A model generated the notes under the pieces. It was not told where the DNA came from. It made no database searches and was given only the letters and a program-made list of their open reading frames with translations. DNA of 64,000 bases from an uncultured Gemmatimonadales bacterium (GTDB lineage: Bacteria > Gemmatimonadota > Gemmatimonadetes > Longimicrobiales > Gaopeijiaceae), in the NCBI GenBank assembly GCA_963809895.1, contig CAWELD010000003.1:1696001-1760000 (forward strand), given 5' to 3'. Made by a program: the position numbers and the translations under genes. Below, in pieces: positions 34,879 through 45,780 of this stretch (positions are counted from its first letter, which is position 1; every line of letters starts with the position of its first letter).

Positions 34879-36441
34879 ATGTACGACCCTCTCCGGGCCA
34901 AGGCCAAGGTCGCCCTCTATACGGGCGCAGCCTTCCTGATGGGTCTGGGCATGGCCACCGGCCTGGGATGGACCAGCTCTTCGCTGGCCATGCCGGTGGT
35001 GGACGAACAGCCCCAGATCTCCAAGGAAGCCGTCCAGCCCGCGCTGGACCTGAGCCAGGCCTTCATCAACGTCGCCGACGTCGTTACACCAGCCGTGGTC
35101 CGTATCGAGGCTCGACGCCCGGTACGCACGGCCTCGCGCAATCAACAGATTCCCGAATCCTTCCGACGCTTCTTCCAGCCCGATGGTGGGGGTGACGGCA
35201 CCGTGCTGCCGCCTCAGAGCCAGCTCGCCGGCGGGAGCGGATTCATCGTATCCAGCGACGGATACATCCTGACCAACGACCACGTGGTGTCGGGCTCGGA
35301 TCAGGTCCGGGTCTACTTCCCGGATCGCCGGTACTTCGACGCCACGGTCGTGGGAAGCGACCCGTTCACCGACGTGGCGGTCATCAAGATCAATGTGGAC
35401 GAAGACCTGCCCACCCTGAGCTTCGGTGACTCCGACGATGCACGCGTGGGCGAGTGGGTTCTGGCCGTGGGCAACCCGGGCTTCGGCGCGGGCAACCAGC
35501 TCGACTACACGGTCACCGCGGGCATCGTCAGCGCACGGGGCCGCGGCCTGGGGCTGATCCGCAACGAGCTCCAGCAGGAAGGGGTGGACTCCCAGACCTC
35601 GGGCTTCGCCATCGAGGACTACATCCAGACCGACGCGGTCATCAACCCGGGCAACTCCGGTGGTCCCATGGTGGACCTGGAAGGTCGTGTCATCGGCATC
35701 AACTCCGCCATCGCCAGCGCTACCGGCTACTACCAGGGCTACGGCTTCGCCATTCCCATCAACCTGGCCCGGCGCGTCATGCAGGATCTCATCGAGTACG
35801 GTCACGTTCGCCGTGCCCAGCTCGGTGTCTCCATCAAGGACGTGGACGCGGAAGATGCCGAGGCCTTCGATCTGCCGTCGGTGAGTGGCGTGCTCATCCA
35901 GGAAGTGCGTGACGACGGGCCGGCCAAGGATGCCGGCTTCAAGCAGGGCGACGTCATCACGGCGCTGGACGGCAAGCCGGTCGGCTATGTCGGGCAGCTC
36001 CAGGGCATGGTGGCCATGCACCATCCAGGCGACCGGGTCGATGTGACCGTCTACCGGAACGGGAAGCCCATGGACCTGAGCCTGCGACTCGGTGAGGCTC
36101 CCATCCAGGAGGCCGAGAGCGAGACGACCGCTACGCCCGTGGCCGCCGAGGAGCGGCTGGGGGTCGTGTTGCAGAACCTGACGCCCGAGGTCGCGCAGGA
36201 ATTCGGCTTCGACGAAGCCGGCGGCGTCGTGGTCGCGCAGGTCGAGGCGTCGAGCCCCGCCGCGCGTCGGGGCCTGATCCCCGGGTCGAAGATTCTGGAG
36301 GTCAACGACCAGGAGGTGTCGAGCACGGAAGACGTGCGTGACATTCTGGACAAGATCCCTGCCGGGTCGGTGGCGAAGTTCATCGTGTCCGACCCCAGCG
36401 GTACCTCTCGTATCGTGACGGTGAGGATGCCCAACCGCTGA
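34879..36441 (+). CDS. DegP/HtrA serine protease with two PDZ domains
   Basis: GSGFI..ILTNDHVV, TDVAVIK, QTDAVINPGNSGGP and two PDZ domains. Confidence 0.95.
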   Translation: MYDPLRAKAKVALYTGAAFLMGLGMATGLGWTSSSLAMPVVDEQPQISKEAVQPALDLSQAFINVADVVTPAVVRIEARRPVRTASRNQQIPESFRRFFQPDGGGDGTVLPPQSQLAGGSGFIVSSDGYILTNDHVVSGSDQVRVYFPDRRYFDATVVGSDPFTDVAVIKINVDEDLPTLSFGDSDDARVGEWVLAVGNPGFGAGNQLDYTVTAGIVSARGRGLGLIRNELQQEGVDSQTSGFAIEDYIQTDAVINPGNSGGPMVDLEGRVIGINSAIASATGYYQGYGFAIPINLARRVMQDLIEYGHVRRAQLGVSIKDVDAEDAEAFDLPSVSGVLIQEVRDDGPAKDAGFKQGDVITALDGKPVGYVGQLQGMVAMHHPGDRVDVTVYRNGKPMDLSLRLGEAPIQEAESETTATPVAAEERLGVVLQNLTPEVAQEFGFDEAGGVVVAQVEASSPAARRGLIPGSKILEVNDQEVSSTEDVRDILDKIPAGSVAKFIVSDPSGTSRIVTVRMPNR

Positions 36442-36563
36442 CGAACGGCTCGGCCGCGACAGAGGGGGGGCGGGTCCGCAGCAGGACCCGCCCCCGCGTC
36501 GTCTGAGGCTACGCCGCGGCGATGGCGACAGACGAAACACTTTGCAGGACAAGGACCTCCGTG

Positions 36564-36592
36564 TTGATGGGGCATGTAGCGCCGGTTATCTT
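36564..36592 (+). promoter_or_regulatory. Sigma70-type promoter for tRNA-Leu/tig
   Basis: TTGATG-17 nt-TATCTT. Confidence 0.65.
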
Positions 36593-36609
36593 TTACCGGT
36601 TTCCCGTAC

Positions 36610-36692
36610 GCGAAAGTGGCGGAACTGGTAGACGCGCGAGATTTAGGATCTCGTGGCTTCGTGCCGTGGGGGTTCGAGTCCCCCCTTTCGCA
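36610..36692 (+). tRNA. tRNA-Leu (anticodon TAG), CCA not encoded
   Basis: GCGAAAG/CTTTCGC acceptor stem, CGAGA-TTTAGGA-TCTCG anticodon arm, long variable arm, GTTCGAGTC T-loop. Confidence 0.96.
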
Positions 36693-36756
36693 TCACGCCG
36701 GCGCGTCAATCTTCCCGCTCCTTCCGCCGCAGGCTCCCGAAAGGCATGACCGACGC

Positions 36757-38034
36757 ATGACCATCGACGCAGCTCGACTCACCATCGACGTACAGGAAGG
36801 CGCTCGCTGGCGCCGTACCCTGGCCGTCACGATTCCGGCCGACCTGGTTCGCGACGAGCGCCAGAGCATCGCGCGCAACCTGGCGTCGCGCATGAAGCTC
36901 CCGGGCTTTCGCGCCGGTCACATCCCCCCCGGCGTGGTAGAGAAGCGCTACGGACAGGCGTTGGACCGGGAGCTCATGGACCGGGTGGTGGGCGACGCCT
37001 ATCGAGAAGCCCTCAAGGTGGAAGGTCTCCGACCCATCTCCGAGGGCGAGGTGGAGAACCTCGACTACAAGCCGGATCAGGATCTGTCGTTCAGGATCTC
37101 CTTCGACGTCCAGCCCCAGATCGAGCTCGGCCGTCTCGGTGGCTTCGCCGTCGAACGGCCGGCGGCGCGCGTGCAGGATGAGGACGTGGAGCGGGTGCTG
37201 CAGCGACTCAGGGACCAGAACGGTGCTTGGGCGCCGGCCGAGGACGGTCGTCCCGAGGCGGGCGATCTGGTCTCGGTCACGGTCACGAGGCTCGACGACG
37301 ACGAGCCCGACGCCGAGCCTCAGGACTACGATCTCGTGCTCGGCGAAGGCGATGCCATCCCCGACGTCGAGAGTGCGATCTACACCCTGGCACCGGGCGA
37401 GGACGGCGAGTTCACGGTCACCTTTCCCGAGGACTTTCCCAACGAGGCGCGTCGAGGGCAGGAGGAGCACCTCCGCATCAGCCTCCGCGAGCGCAAGGTG
37501 CGTGAGCTTCCCGAGCTCGACGACGAGTTCGCCCGCTCCGTGGGTGACTTCGAGGACCTCGAGACGCTTCGGAGCCGGGTCCGGTCCGACCTGGAGCGCG
37601 AGGCTCGGGAGCAGGCCGAGTCCGCCGTGCGCGGGCGTCTGCTGGACCTGATCCTCGAGGCCAATCCCTTCGAGGTCCCGGCCTCCATGATCGAACGATA
37701 CCTCGAATCGGTCCTGGGGAACGGGCAAAACCTCGACGAGGAGCGGCTCAAGGAGGCCCGCGAGCAGGTGCGTCCGGAAGCGGAACGCGCCGTGATGCGC
37801 ATCCTCCTCATCGAGACGGTCGCCGACACGCAGGATCTGCGCGCCTCGGACGAGGAGGTGGACACACGGGTCGAAGAGATCGCCGAGCGCAACGACACGA
37901 CGCCGGCCGAGGTGTACGCGCGTCTGCAGAAGTCCGGGCGGTTGGAGCAGCTGGAACGCGAGATCACTGAACAGAAGGTCTTCGACTTCCTGGTTTCGAA
38001 GTCGGAGGTCGTGGAGGCCGAGGACCGAGCATGA
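36757..38034 (+). CDS. tig: Trigger factor
   Basis: PGFRAGHIP ribosome-binding motif and FKBP domain; tRNA-Leu-tig-clpP synteny. Confidence 0.95.
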   Translation: MTIDAARLTIDVQEGARWRRTLAVTIPADLVRDERQSIARNLASRMKLPGFRAGHIPPGVVEKRYGQALDRELMDRVVGDAYREALKVEGLRPISEGEVENLDYKPDQDLSFRISFDVQPQIELGRLGGFAVERPAARVQDEDVERVLQRLRDQNGAWAPAEDGRPEAGDLVSVTVTRLDDDEPDAEPQDYDLVLGEGDAIPDVESAIYTLAPGEDGEFTVTFPEDFPNEARRGQEEHLRISLRERKVRELPELDDEFARSVGDFEDLETLRSRVRSDLEREAREQAESAVRGRLLDLILEANPFEVPASMIERYLESVLGNGQNLDEERLKEAREQVRPEAERAVMRILLIETVADTQDLRASDEEVDTRVEEIAERNDTTPAEVYARLQKSGRLEQLEREITEQKVFDFLVSKSEVVEAEDRA

Positions 38035-38672
38035 CCATCTATCCGCCGTACGTCATCGAGCGCACCAGTCGCGGGGAGCGCAGCTACGACATCTTCTCGC
38101 GACTGCTCATGGACCGGATCGTGTTCCTGGGCGCACCCATCGACGACAACGTCGCCAACATCATGGTGGCGCAGCTCCTGTTCCTGGACGCCGACGATCC
38201 GGAGCGGGACATTCACATGTACATCAACTCGCCCGGTGGCAGCGTCTACGCAGGCATGGCGATCTACGACACCATGCAGCACCTGAGAGCACCTGTGGCG
38301 ACCTATTGCGTGGGCATGGCAGCCTCCATGGGAGCCATCCTCCTGACCGCGGGTGAAAAAGGAAAGCGTAGCGCGTTGCCCAACTCCCGCATCATGATTC
38401 ATCAGCCCTCCTCGGGCGCGCAGGGTACCGCGGCGGACATCGAGATCGCCGCCAAGGAGATCCTGCGGACCCGCGAAAGGCTGAACGAGATTCTGGCCCG
38501 GCACACGGGACAGTCCATCGAGCGCATCGCCGATGACGTGGACCGGGATCGGTTCATGAGCCCCGGCGAAGCCGTGGACTACGGTCTCATCGACCGGGTG
38601 CTGGAAGGGACCGTGGAGACCGGCGGCAAGCCGGCGGACTCCACCACGATCGAGTCCGGTAAGGGCGACTGA
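38031..38672 (+). CDS. clpP: ClpP protease subunit
   Basis: [24 protein letters not shown] and DRDRFM motifs. Confidence 0.98.
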   Translation: MTIYPPYVIERTSRGERSYDIFSRLLMDRIVFLGAPIDDNVANIMVAQLLFLDADDPERDIHMYINSPGGSVYAGMAIYDTMQHLRAPVATYCVGMAASMGAILLTAGEKGKRSALPNSRIMIHQPSSGAQGTAADIEIAAKEILRTRERLNEILARHTGQSIERIADDVDRDRFMSPGEAVDYGLIDRVLEGTVETGGKPADSTTIESGKGD

Positions 38673-38714
38673 CCACACGGGCCTCCGGGCCCGTCCCGCC
38701 GCGAGGACGGACGC

Positions 38715-39950
38715 ATGTCGACGGACAAGCACCTCCGCTGCAGCTTCTGCGGAAAGTCGAAGGACAGCGTGAAGAAGTTCATCAGCGGTCCTTCCGTCTA
38801 CATCTGCAACGAGTGCATCTCCCTCTGCAACGAGATCCTGGCCGAGGAGGAGGAGCGGGAACAGGCGGAGAGCGCCGTTCCCAGCCCGACCCCGGAGGAG
38901 ATCAAGGAGGTGCTGGACCAGTACGTCATCGGCCAGGAAACGGCCAAGCGGGCGTTGGCTGTGGCCGTCTACAACCACTACAAGCGCGTCAACCACCAGG
39001 GCGTGCTCGATGACGTGGAGATCGACAAGGCCAACATCCTCCTCATCGGTCCCACGGGCGTCGGAAAGACGCTCCTGGCGCAGACGCTGGCGCGCATCCT
39101 CCAGGTGCCGTTCACCATCGCCGACGCCACGACTCTGACCGAAGCCGGCTACGTGGGCGAGGATGTGGAGAATATCCTGGTGCGCCTTCTCCAGGCCGCC
39201 GACTACAACATCGCCGAATGCGAGCGCGGCATCGTCTACATCGACGAGATGGACAAGATCGCCCGCAAGTCGGAAAACCCCTCCATCACCCGCGACGTCT
39301 CGGGCGAGGGCGTGCAGCAGGCGCTTCTGAAGATCCTGGAGGGCACGGTGGCATCGGTGCCTCCGCAGGGAGGCCGCAAGCATCCGCAGCAGGAGTACAT
39401 CCAGATCAACACCCGCAACATCCTCTTCGTATGCGGCGGCGCCTTCGACGGGCTCGAGAAGATCGTCGAGGGCCGCATCGGCAAGCGCCAGATCGGCTTC
39501 GCCGGAGGCGAGGAGCGGGGCAATCGCGATTCATTGATGCATCTGGTGGAACCGGAAGACCTGCAGCGGTACGGGATCATTCCGGAGCTCGTGGGACGGC
39601 TTCCGGTGTCGGTGGCCCTGGACGAGCTCGACGAGGACGCCCTGTGCCGGATCCTGCTGGAGCCCAAGAACGCGCTGGTCAAACAGTACCAGAAGATGTT
39701 CGAGCTCGAGGGAATCGGCCTGACCTTCGACAAGGACGCCATCCGGGCCATCGCGGCCAAGACGCTGGACCGCGGCACCGGGGCTCGCGGGCTTCGCTCG
39801 GTGATCGAAGGGATCATGCGTGACGTCATGTTCGAGATCCCGTCACGAAAGGACGTCCGGGAGATCGTGGTCACGGTGGAGAGCGTGGACCAGGGCGTTC
39901 CGCCCCTTCTGGTCCTCCACCCCGAGGCCGAGCGTCGACTGGAGGCCTGA
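38715..39950 (+). CDS. clpX: ClpX ATPase
   Basis: CSFCGK zinc finger, [19 protein letters not shown] and IGF loop. Confidence 0.98.
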   Translation: MSTDKHLRCSFCGKSKDSVKKFISGPSVYICNECISLCNEILAEEEEREQAESAVPSPTPEEIKEVLDQYVIGQETAKRALAVAVYNHYKRVNHQGVLDDVEIDKANILLIGPTGVGKTLLAQTLARILQVPFTIADATTLTEAGYVGEDVENILVRLLQAADYNIAECERGIVYIDEMDKIARKSENPSITRDVSGEGVQQALLKILEGTVASVPPQGGRKHPQQEYIQINTRNILFVCGGAFDGLEKIVEGRIGKRQIGFAGGEERGNRDSLMHLVEPEDLQRYGIIPELVGRLPVSVALDELDEDALCRILLEPKNALVKQYQKMFELEGIGLTFDKDAIRAIAAKTLDRGTGARGLRSVIEGIMRDVMFEIPSRKDVREIVVTVESVDQGVPPLLVLHPEAERRLEA

Positions 39951-39997
39951 CGGGAGTCGCACCCCACCTTTCCCGGGCGCGTCCAGACCCCTAGGAT

Positions 39998-40035
39998 ACC
40001 GCCGCGGAGGCCACCCTCCGCGGCGGTTCTCTTTT
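39998..40035 (+). terminator. Strong hairpin with T-rich tail between clpX and lon
   Basis: ACCGCCGCGGAGG-CCAC-CCTCCGCGGCGGT followed by TCTCTTTT. Confidence 0.65.
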
Positions 40036-40063
40036 CCTTCCAGATGTCGGGACGCTGGCCCCC

Positions 40064-42493
40064 ATGACGACCCTGATCCGGGTGGACGAGACGCTGGAGA
40101 TTCCCGACGACCTTCCCGTCGTAGCCCTCCGCGACCTGGTCTTCTTTCCCTACATGGTCCTCCCGCTGCTCATCGGCCGGCCGCGCTCGCTGACGGCGTT
40201 GGAGGGGGCGCGGGAGCGGGACGGGCTCCTCATCCTGGTGGCGCAACGCGATGCCTCGGTGGAGACGCCCGGTCCCGGTGACCTCTATTCGGTGGGCACG
40301 GTGGCCCGTGTGGTCCAGACCACGCCGCTGGCCGACGGCACTTCGCGAGTCGTGCTGGAAGGAATCGGCCGGCTGCGCGTGGACGTCGCCGAGTCCGATG
40401 GAGAGCTGCGGGCCACGGGCCGGCCCCACGTGCCCCGGGAGTGTGACGCACCGGGCCCGCCGGACACGGAGCTCGAAGCGCTGACGCGTACCGTGGGACG
40501 CCACTTCGAGGAGTACGCGCGCCTGCACGACCGGATTCCGGACGACCTGTCGCAGACACTGCTGGGAAGCCGGGATCGGGTCCGCCTGGCCCATCTGGTG
40601 TCGGGTCACCTGCTCCTCACGCCGTCGGAGAAGCAGGAGCTCCTGGAGACCCAGGATCTGCCCGGCCACCTGGCGTTGCTGCGGGAGGTGCTCGTCCGCG
40701 AGCTCGAGATCCTCAGGATCGAGGAGAAGCTGGATCAGCAGATCCGCATGCAGATGGAGGCCGACCGCCGCCAGATGTACCTCAACGAGCAGCTCAAGGC
40801 GATTCACCGCGAGTTGGGCGCCGAGAGCGGCGAGGAATGGGTGGAGTTGGAGCAGGCCCTGTCCAGGTGCGAGCTGCCCGACCACGCGCTGGAGCGGGCC
40901 GACCGCGAGATGGCGCGCCTCAGGAAGCTCAACCCGGTGGCCCCCGAAGCGGCGGTCATCCGCACCTACCTCGACTGGATCATGGCACTGCCCTGGACGG
41001 CTCGGAGCCAGGACAACCTCGACGTGATCCACGCCTCGGGAATCCTGGACGCGGCGCACTTCGGACTGGGCGAGGTGAAGGAGCGCATCCTGGACCACAT
41101 CGCCGTGTTGTCGGTGGTGGGGGAGCTGCAGGGTCCCATCCTCTGCCTGGTGGGCCCACCCGGCGTGGGCAAGACCTCGCTGGGACGCAGCATCGCGCGG
41201 GCGCTGGACCGGGAATTCGTGCGCGTCAGCCTGGGCGGGGTACGCGACGAGGCGGAAGTCCGCGGGCACCGCCGCACCTACGTCGGTGCCCTTCCCGGGC
41301 GCATTTTGCAGGGGATGCGGCGCTCCGGGACCCGAAATCCGGTCTTCCTGCTGGACGAGGTGGACAAGCTGGCCCGGGACTTTCACGGTGATCCGGGCGC
41401 CGCGCTCCTCGAGGTCCTGGATCCGGAGCAGAACCGCACCTTCACGGATCACTACCTGGAGCTGGAGTACGACCTGTCCGACGTGCTTTTCGTGGCCACG
41501 GCCAACACGCTGGGCGGGATCCCCGAAGCGCTGCGCGACCGCATGGAGGTGATTCGGCTGCCCGGCTATCTGGACACGGAGAAGCGAACCATCGCGCACC
41601 GTTTCCTGTGGCCCAAGCAGTGCCGCCGGCACGGGCTGTCGGACAGCGTCATCACGCTGGAGGCCGACGCCATCGACGCCATCATCGCCCGGTACACGCG
41701 CGAGGCCGGCGTCCGAGAGCTCGATCGCCGCATCTCCCGGATCGCCCGCAAGCTGGCCAGGGCAGCGGCGGAATCCGGGGGTGTGGAGACCGTCGGCCCG
41801 AGGAGCGTGGGCGACGAGGACCTGCGCCCGCTGTTGGGACCGCCTCCCTACCTGCCACCGGAGCCCGACACGGAGGCCGACCGCACCGGGATGGCCAACG
41901 GCCTGGCGTGGACCGCGGCAGGCGGCGAGGTGCTGGACGTGGAGGTGTCGGCGGTACCGGGCTCCGGTGAGGTCAGGCTCACCGGTACCCTGGGCGACGT
42001 CATGAAGGAGTCGGCCATGGCGGCGGTGACCTACGCCCGCTCCCGCGCACGCCGGCTGGGACTGGATCCCCACTTCCATCGGGAGGTGGATCTGCACGTG
42101 CACATCCCCGAGGGCGCTACGCCCAAGGACGGCCCGTCGGCTGGCATCACCATGGCGGTGGCCCTGGTGAGCGCGCTCACCGGCATCCCCACACGTGCCG
42201 ACGTGGCCCTCACCGGCGAGATCACGCTGCGCGGCCGTGTGCTCCCGGTGGGCGGTGTCAAGGAGAAGTCGGTGGCGGCGCTCCGGCACGGCATCCGGCG
42301 CGTGATCCTTCCGGCCGCGAACCTGACGGACCTCGAGCTCCTGCCCACCGAGGTGCGCGAGGGCCTGGAGTTCGTGCCGGTGCGCAGCATGGACGAGGTC
42401 CTGGCGGCCGCCCTGACGGCCTTGCCGGCCGAGCGACTGTCGGGGCCAGGCGGCGAGCTCCCGGCGGATCCGGGGATCCAGCTGTCCCAGTGA
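40064..42493 (+). CDS. lon: Lon protease
   Basis: Lon N-domain, [18 protein letters not shown] and PKDGPSAG catalytic Ser. Confidence 0.97.
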   Translation: MTTLIRVDETLEIPDDLPVVALRDLVFFPYMVLPLLIGRPRSLTALEGARERDGLLILVAQRDASVETPGPGDLYSVGTVARVVQTTPLADGTSRVVLEGIGRLRVDVAESDGELRATGRPHVPRECDAPGPPDTELEALTRTVGRHFEEYARLHDRIPDDLSQTLLGSRDRVRLAHLVSGHLLLTPSEKQELLETQDLPGHLALLREVLVRELEILRIEEKLDQQIRMQMEADRRQMYLNEQLKAIHRELGAESGEEWVELEQALSRCELPDHALERADREMARLRKLNPVAPEAAVIRTYLDWIMALPWTARSQDNLDVIHASGILDAAHFGLGEVKERILDHIAVLSVVGELQGPILCLVGPPGVGKTSLGRSIARALDREFVRVSLGGVRDEAEVRGHRRTYVGALPGRILQGMRRSGTRNPVFLLDEVDKLARDFHGDPGAALLEVLDPEQNRTFTDHYLELEYDLSDVLFVATANTLGGIPEALRDRMEVIRLPGYLDTEKRTIAHRFLWPKQCRRHGLSDSVITLEADAIDAIIARYTREAGVRELDRRISRIARKLARAAAESGGVETVGPRSVGDEDLRPLLGPPPYLPPEPDTEADRTGMANGLAWTAAGGEVLDVEVSAVPGSGEVRLTGTLGDVMKESAMAAVTYARSRARRLGLDPHFHREVDLHVHIPEGATPKDGPSAGITMAVALVSALTGIPTRADVALTGEITLRGRVLPVGGVKEKSVAALRHGIRRVILPAANLTDLELLPTEVREGLEFVPVRSMDEVLAAALTALPAERLSGPGGELPADPGIQLSQ

Positions 42494-43095
42494 AGATCAA
42501 GACCGTCGAGTTCGCCGGCACCGTCGTGACGCCCGACGGCTCGATGCCCGACGACTTGCCGCAGGTCGCCTTCTCCGGGCGCTCGAACGTGGGCAAGAGC
42601 TCGCTCATCAACACCCTGCTGCGTCGCACCCGGTCGAAGGTGGCCCGCGTATCGTCCACGCCCGGCAAGACGCAAGCGCTCAACTTCTACCGCATCAACG
42701 ACCGCTTCTTCCTGGTCGATCTGCCGGGGTTCGGCTACGCACGGGTCCCCAAGAAGCTCCGCGACGCGTGGAAGGGGCTGGTGGAAGGCTACCTGGCCCG
42801 GGCCCGGACGCTGAAGGGGGTGGTCCATCTCGTGGACTGCCGCCGGGAGCCCACGCCCCAGGACCTGGACATGATGGACTATCTGGCTCGATTGGGCGCA
42901 CCGGCGCTGGTGGTGCTCACCAAGATCGACAAGCTCAACCGCAGCGAGCGGACCCGGGCCGTGGAGCGCGCCTGCGGCGTGCTGGGCGTGGGGCGCGAGC
43001 AGCTCGTCCCCTTTTCGGCCAAGACCGGCGAGGGTCGCGAGGTGCTGTTGGAGGCGCTGGACGCACTTCTGGCCGAAGAGGAGGAGGATGGATGA
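42490..43095 (+). CDS. engB: Ribosome biogenesis GTPase EngB/YihA
   Basis: [19 protein letters not shown] and TKID motifs. Confidence 0.96.
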   Translation: MKIKTVEFAGTVVTPDGSMPDDLPQVAFSGRSNVGKSSLINTLLRRTRSKVARVSSTPGKTQALNFYRINDRFFLVDLPGFGYARVPKKLRDAWKGLVEGYLARARTLKGVVHLVDCRREPTPQDLDMMDYLARLGAPALVVLTKIDKLNRSERTRAVERACGVLGVGREQLVPFSAKTGEGREVLLEALDALLAEEEEDG

Positions 43096-43107
43096 GAGGC
43101 ACCCTCG

Positions 43108-43692
43108 TTGGTCCTCCTCGTGCTCGTTGGGGCATGCCTGCCCGCGAGCTCCGGAGCGGGCGCGGCCCGCCCGGCCGACGCCACCCTGGTGCCGCCCGGC
43201 TACGGCTCGCTGCACCAGGAGGACATCACCCTCACGGTACGGGTGGGCGACCTCCAGGTGAAGATCACGCCCCTGGCCGAGTGGGTGCTTCGACTGACGG
43301 CGCCGGACACGTACAAGCGCTTGTCGGGGGCCGTCGCGCGCCTGGACGAGTCGGACCGTGTGGGACGCCTCCCGGTCCTGGTGTCCCTCTTCACCGAAGC
43401 GGCCGGGGGGACCGAGGTCGAGCTGCGGGACCTGGTTCTCGTCAGCCGGGGACGCCGGTACCGGCCACAGGTGGTGCGCGGTCTCACCCCGGGCTGGGGT
43501 ACCGGCCGCCTGCGCCAGCGCGAGCCACAGCAGGCCATCTACCTGTTCGACGGCGACGTGGACCTGGAGATGGACCTCGACGTGATGTTCGGCGACGTGC
43601 GAACCGGGGAGTGGAGCGTGATCCTGCCGCGCCTCGAGACCGAGCGCGCGCGTATCCGGTCACGAGTCAGTGCTCCAGGTCGTACTTCTTGA
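43108..43692 (+). CDS. Hypothetical exported protein/lipoprotein (start uncertain)
   Basis: Hydrophobic N-terminus ending VGAC; protein-like composition (PPGYGSLHQEDIT...); codon pattern fits coding. Confidence 0.65.
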   Translation: MVLLVLVGACLPASSGAGAARPADATLVPPGYGSLHQEDITLTVRVGDLQVKITPLAEWVLRLTAPDTYKRLSGAVARLDESDRVGRLPVLVSLFTEAAGGTEVELRDLVLVSRGRRYRPQVVRGLTPGWGTGRLRQREPQQAIYLFDGDVDLEMDLDVMFGDVRTGEWSVILPRLETERARIRSRVSAPGRTS

Positions 43693-45262
43693 TCTTCCGG
43701 TAGAGGGTCCGCTCACCGATCTCCAGACGCTCCGCCGCCTTGCGGCGGTTGCCGCCCACCTCTCGGAGCGCCGCCGCGATGGCTTCGCGCTCCATGTCCT
43801 CCATGGTCATTCCGGGACGGAAGACCACCACGTCCTCGTCCTCGGTCTCCGGCGCCTGGTCTCGCGACGGGCTCACGTCCATCACCTCGACGCCACCCAG
43901 TCCCTCGCCGCCGAGCCGCAGGGGCGCGCGCTGGGGAACAGGTAGCATGGCGACCTCTCCCCTGCCCCGTCCCACCTCCTGCATCTCTTCGCGGTACGCC
44001 TCGAACTCCTTGCGAAGGTCGTCGACGTCGACCCGGAGCTCCACCATGGTGCGGAAGATGAATTCCAGCTGCGGTCGGAGCGATTCCTCGCCGTCACGGC
44101 CGCTCCCGCCTGGTCGCGCCACCGGAACGGGTAGGAGATCTCTCCGTCCGCGACGCACCTCGTCGGGAATGTCATCGGCTCGGATGCGTAGGCCCGGAGC
44201 CAGCACCACCATGCTCTCCACCAGGTTGCGGAGCTCCCGGACGTTTCCCGGCCAATGGTAGTCCTTGAGGATCTCCATGGCGTCGTCCGAGATGCCCGCG
44301 AAGGGACGGTCGTTCTTCTCGGCGATCTCCCGGATGAAGCGATCCACCAGGAGAGGCACGTCCTCACGGCGGTCCCGCAGCGCCGGCATCTCGATGTGGA
44401 GCACATTGAGCCGGTAGTAGAGGTCCTTCCTGAACTCACCCATGGCCACGAGCTGCCGCAGGTCCTGGTTCGTGGCCGCCACGATGCGCACATCCACGTG
44501 GATCGGCTTCTCGCCCCCCACGCGCAGGAACTCGCGCTGCTCCAGGACCCGCAGCAGCTTGACCTGGGTGGTCAGCGGCATCTCCCCGATCTCGTCGAGG
44601 AAGATGGTTCCCTTGTCCGCCAGCTCGAAGAGCCCACGCCGGCTGTCGATGGCCCCCGTGAACGCGCCTTTCTCGTGTCCGAAGAGCTCACTCTCCAGCA
44701 GGGTGTCGGACAGCGCCGCCACGTTCACCGCGATGAAGGGGCGGTGGCGCCTGGGGGAGAGGGCGTGGAGGCCCCGCGCGGCCAGCTCCTTTCCCGTGCC
44801 GGACTCACCGGTGAGGAGCACCGTGGACGCCACAGGGGCGATCTGCACGACGCGCTCCAGCACCTCGCGCATGACGTCGGTCTCGCCCACGATCCCGGTT
44901 ACGCTTCGTAGCCGGTGACGTTCGAGGAGGCGGCGAGCGACCAGCACCACCTCATCGGCTGCGGCACCGGGCGCGAACACCTCCTGGATGGTACCGTCGG
45001 CGACTGCAGCAGCGGGTCGCCCCTCCAGCGGGGCGAACCCCACGATGGGGATATCGAGCTCCTGACGGGCCTGGCGCGCCAGGCCTTCGGTGTGTCCTCC
45101 GGGCTCCATCTCGGTGAGGACCAGCAGGACCGCGTCGTCTCGGGCACCGACGTGCTCGTCCGGTGTGACCAGCTCCACCGCGTATCCGGCGCCCTCGAAG
45201 GCGCTCCGCAGGGTCCCGGCCCGTTTCAGGTCGTGGGTGGATACCAGGACGCGGTCGCTCAC
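43667..45262 (-). CDS. Sigma54-dependent enhancer-binding protein with degenerate receiver-like domain and Fis HTH
   Basis: GESGTGKE, ESELFGHEKGAFTGA, FLDEIGE, WPGNVREL and a C-terminal HTH (GNRRKAAERLEIGERTLYRKI). Confidence 0.95.
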   Translation of the reverse strand: MSDRVLVSTHDLKRAGTLRSAFEGAGYAVELVTPDEHVGARDDAVLLVLTEMEPGGHTEGLARQARQELDIPIVGFAPLEGRPAAAVADGTIQEVFAPGAAADEVVLVARRLLERHRLRSVTGIVGETDVMREVLERVVQIAPVASTVLLTGESGTGKELAARGLHALSPRRHRPFIAVNVAALSDTLLESELFGHEKGAFTGAIDSRRGLFELADKGTIFLDEIGEMPLTTQVKLLRVLEQREFLRVGGEKPIHVDVRIVAATNQDLRQLVAMGEFRKDLYYRLNVLHIEMPALRDRREDVPLLVDRFIREIAEKNDRPFAGISDDAMEILKDYHWPGNVRELRNLVESMVVLAPGLRIRADDIPDEVRRGRRDLLPVPVARPGGSGRDGEESLRPQLEFIFRTMVELRVDVDDLRKEFEAYREEMQEVGRGRGEVAMLPVPQRAPLRLGGEGLGGVEVMDVSPSRDQAPETEDEDVVVFRPGMTMEDMEREAIAAALREVGGNRRKAAERLEIGERTLYRKIKKYDLEH

Positions 45263-45771
45263 GCCGGCACGCCTCCCCGCGCATCCGGCGGTCGATGGCC
45301 AGGCTTCGCGCCGGCCAGAAGTGAGACCACGTGGTCCAGGAGAGGCTCCAGGACGGCGATTCCGTCGCGAACGCCTCCGGGGCTTCCGGGAAGGTTGACG
45401 ATCAGCACGCCCCCCCGGCTCCCAGCGAGACCTCTGGACAGGACGGCGTAGGGCGTGGACTCCTCGCCGGCCCTGCGCAGGCGCTCGGCGAGGCCCGACG
45501 CGTCACGATCCAGGACGGCGCGCGTGGCCTCCGGAGTCACGTCTCGCGGACCGAAGCCCGTGCCGCCCGTGGTGATCACCGCGTCGACCTCGCCCTCGTC
45601 GCTCCAGCTCAGCAGGGTGCGGGTGATGGTGAGCGCGTCGTCGGGAACCACCGCCCGGCGCGTCACCTGGCGGCCCGTCTCGCGGGCCCACGCCTCCAGC
45701 GCCGCCCCGCTGGCGTCTTCCCGCTCGCCGGCGGCGGCGCCGTCGCTGACCGTGAGGATTCCCAGGCGCAC
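45259..45771 (-). CDS. MogA/MoaB molybdopterin adenylyltransferase
   Basis: TVSD, TTGGTG..PRDVTPEAT, LSRG and NLPGSP motifs. Confidence 0.93.
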   Translation of the reverse strand: MRLGILTVSDGAAAGEREDASGAALEAWARETGRQVTRRAVVPDDALTITRTLLSWSDEGEVDAVITTGGTGFGPRDVTPEATRAVLDRDASGLAERLRRAGEESTPYAVLSRGLAGSRGGVLIVNLPGSPGGVRDGIAVLEPLLDHVVSLLAGAKPGHRPPDARGGVPA

Positions 45772-45780
45772 CGGATCACC

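Noticed and set aside
36610..36760. Genomic island at tRNA-Leu
   Set aside because: The tRNA is followed directly by tig; no duplicated 3' end was seen in the window.
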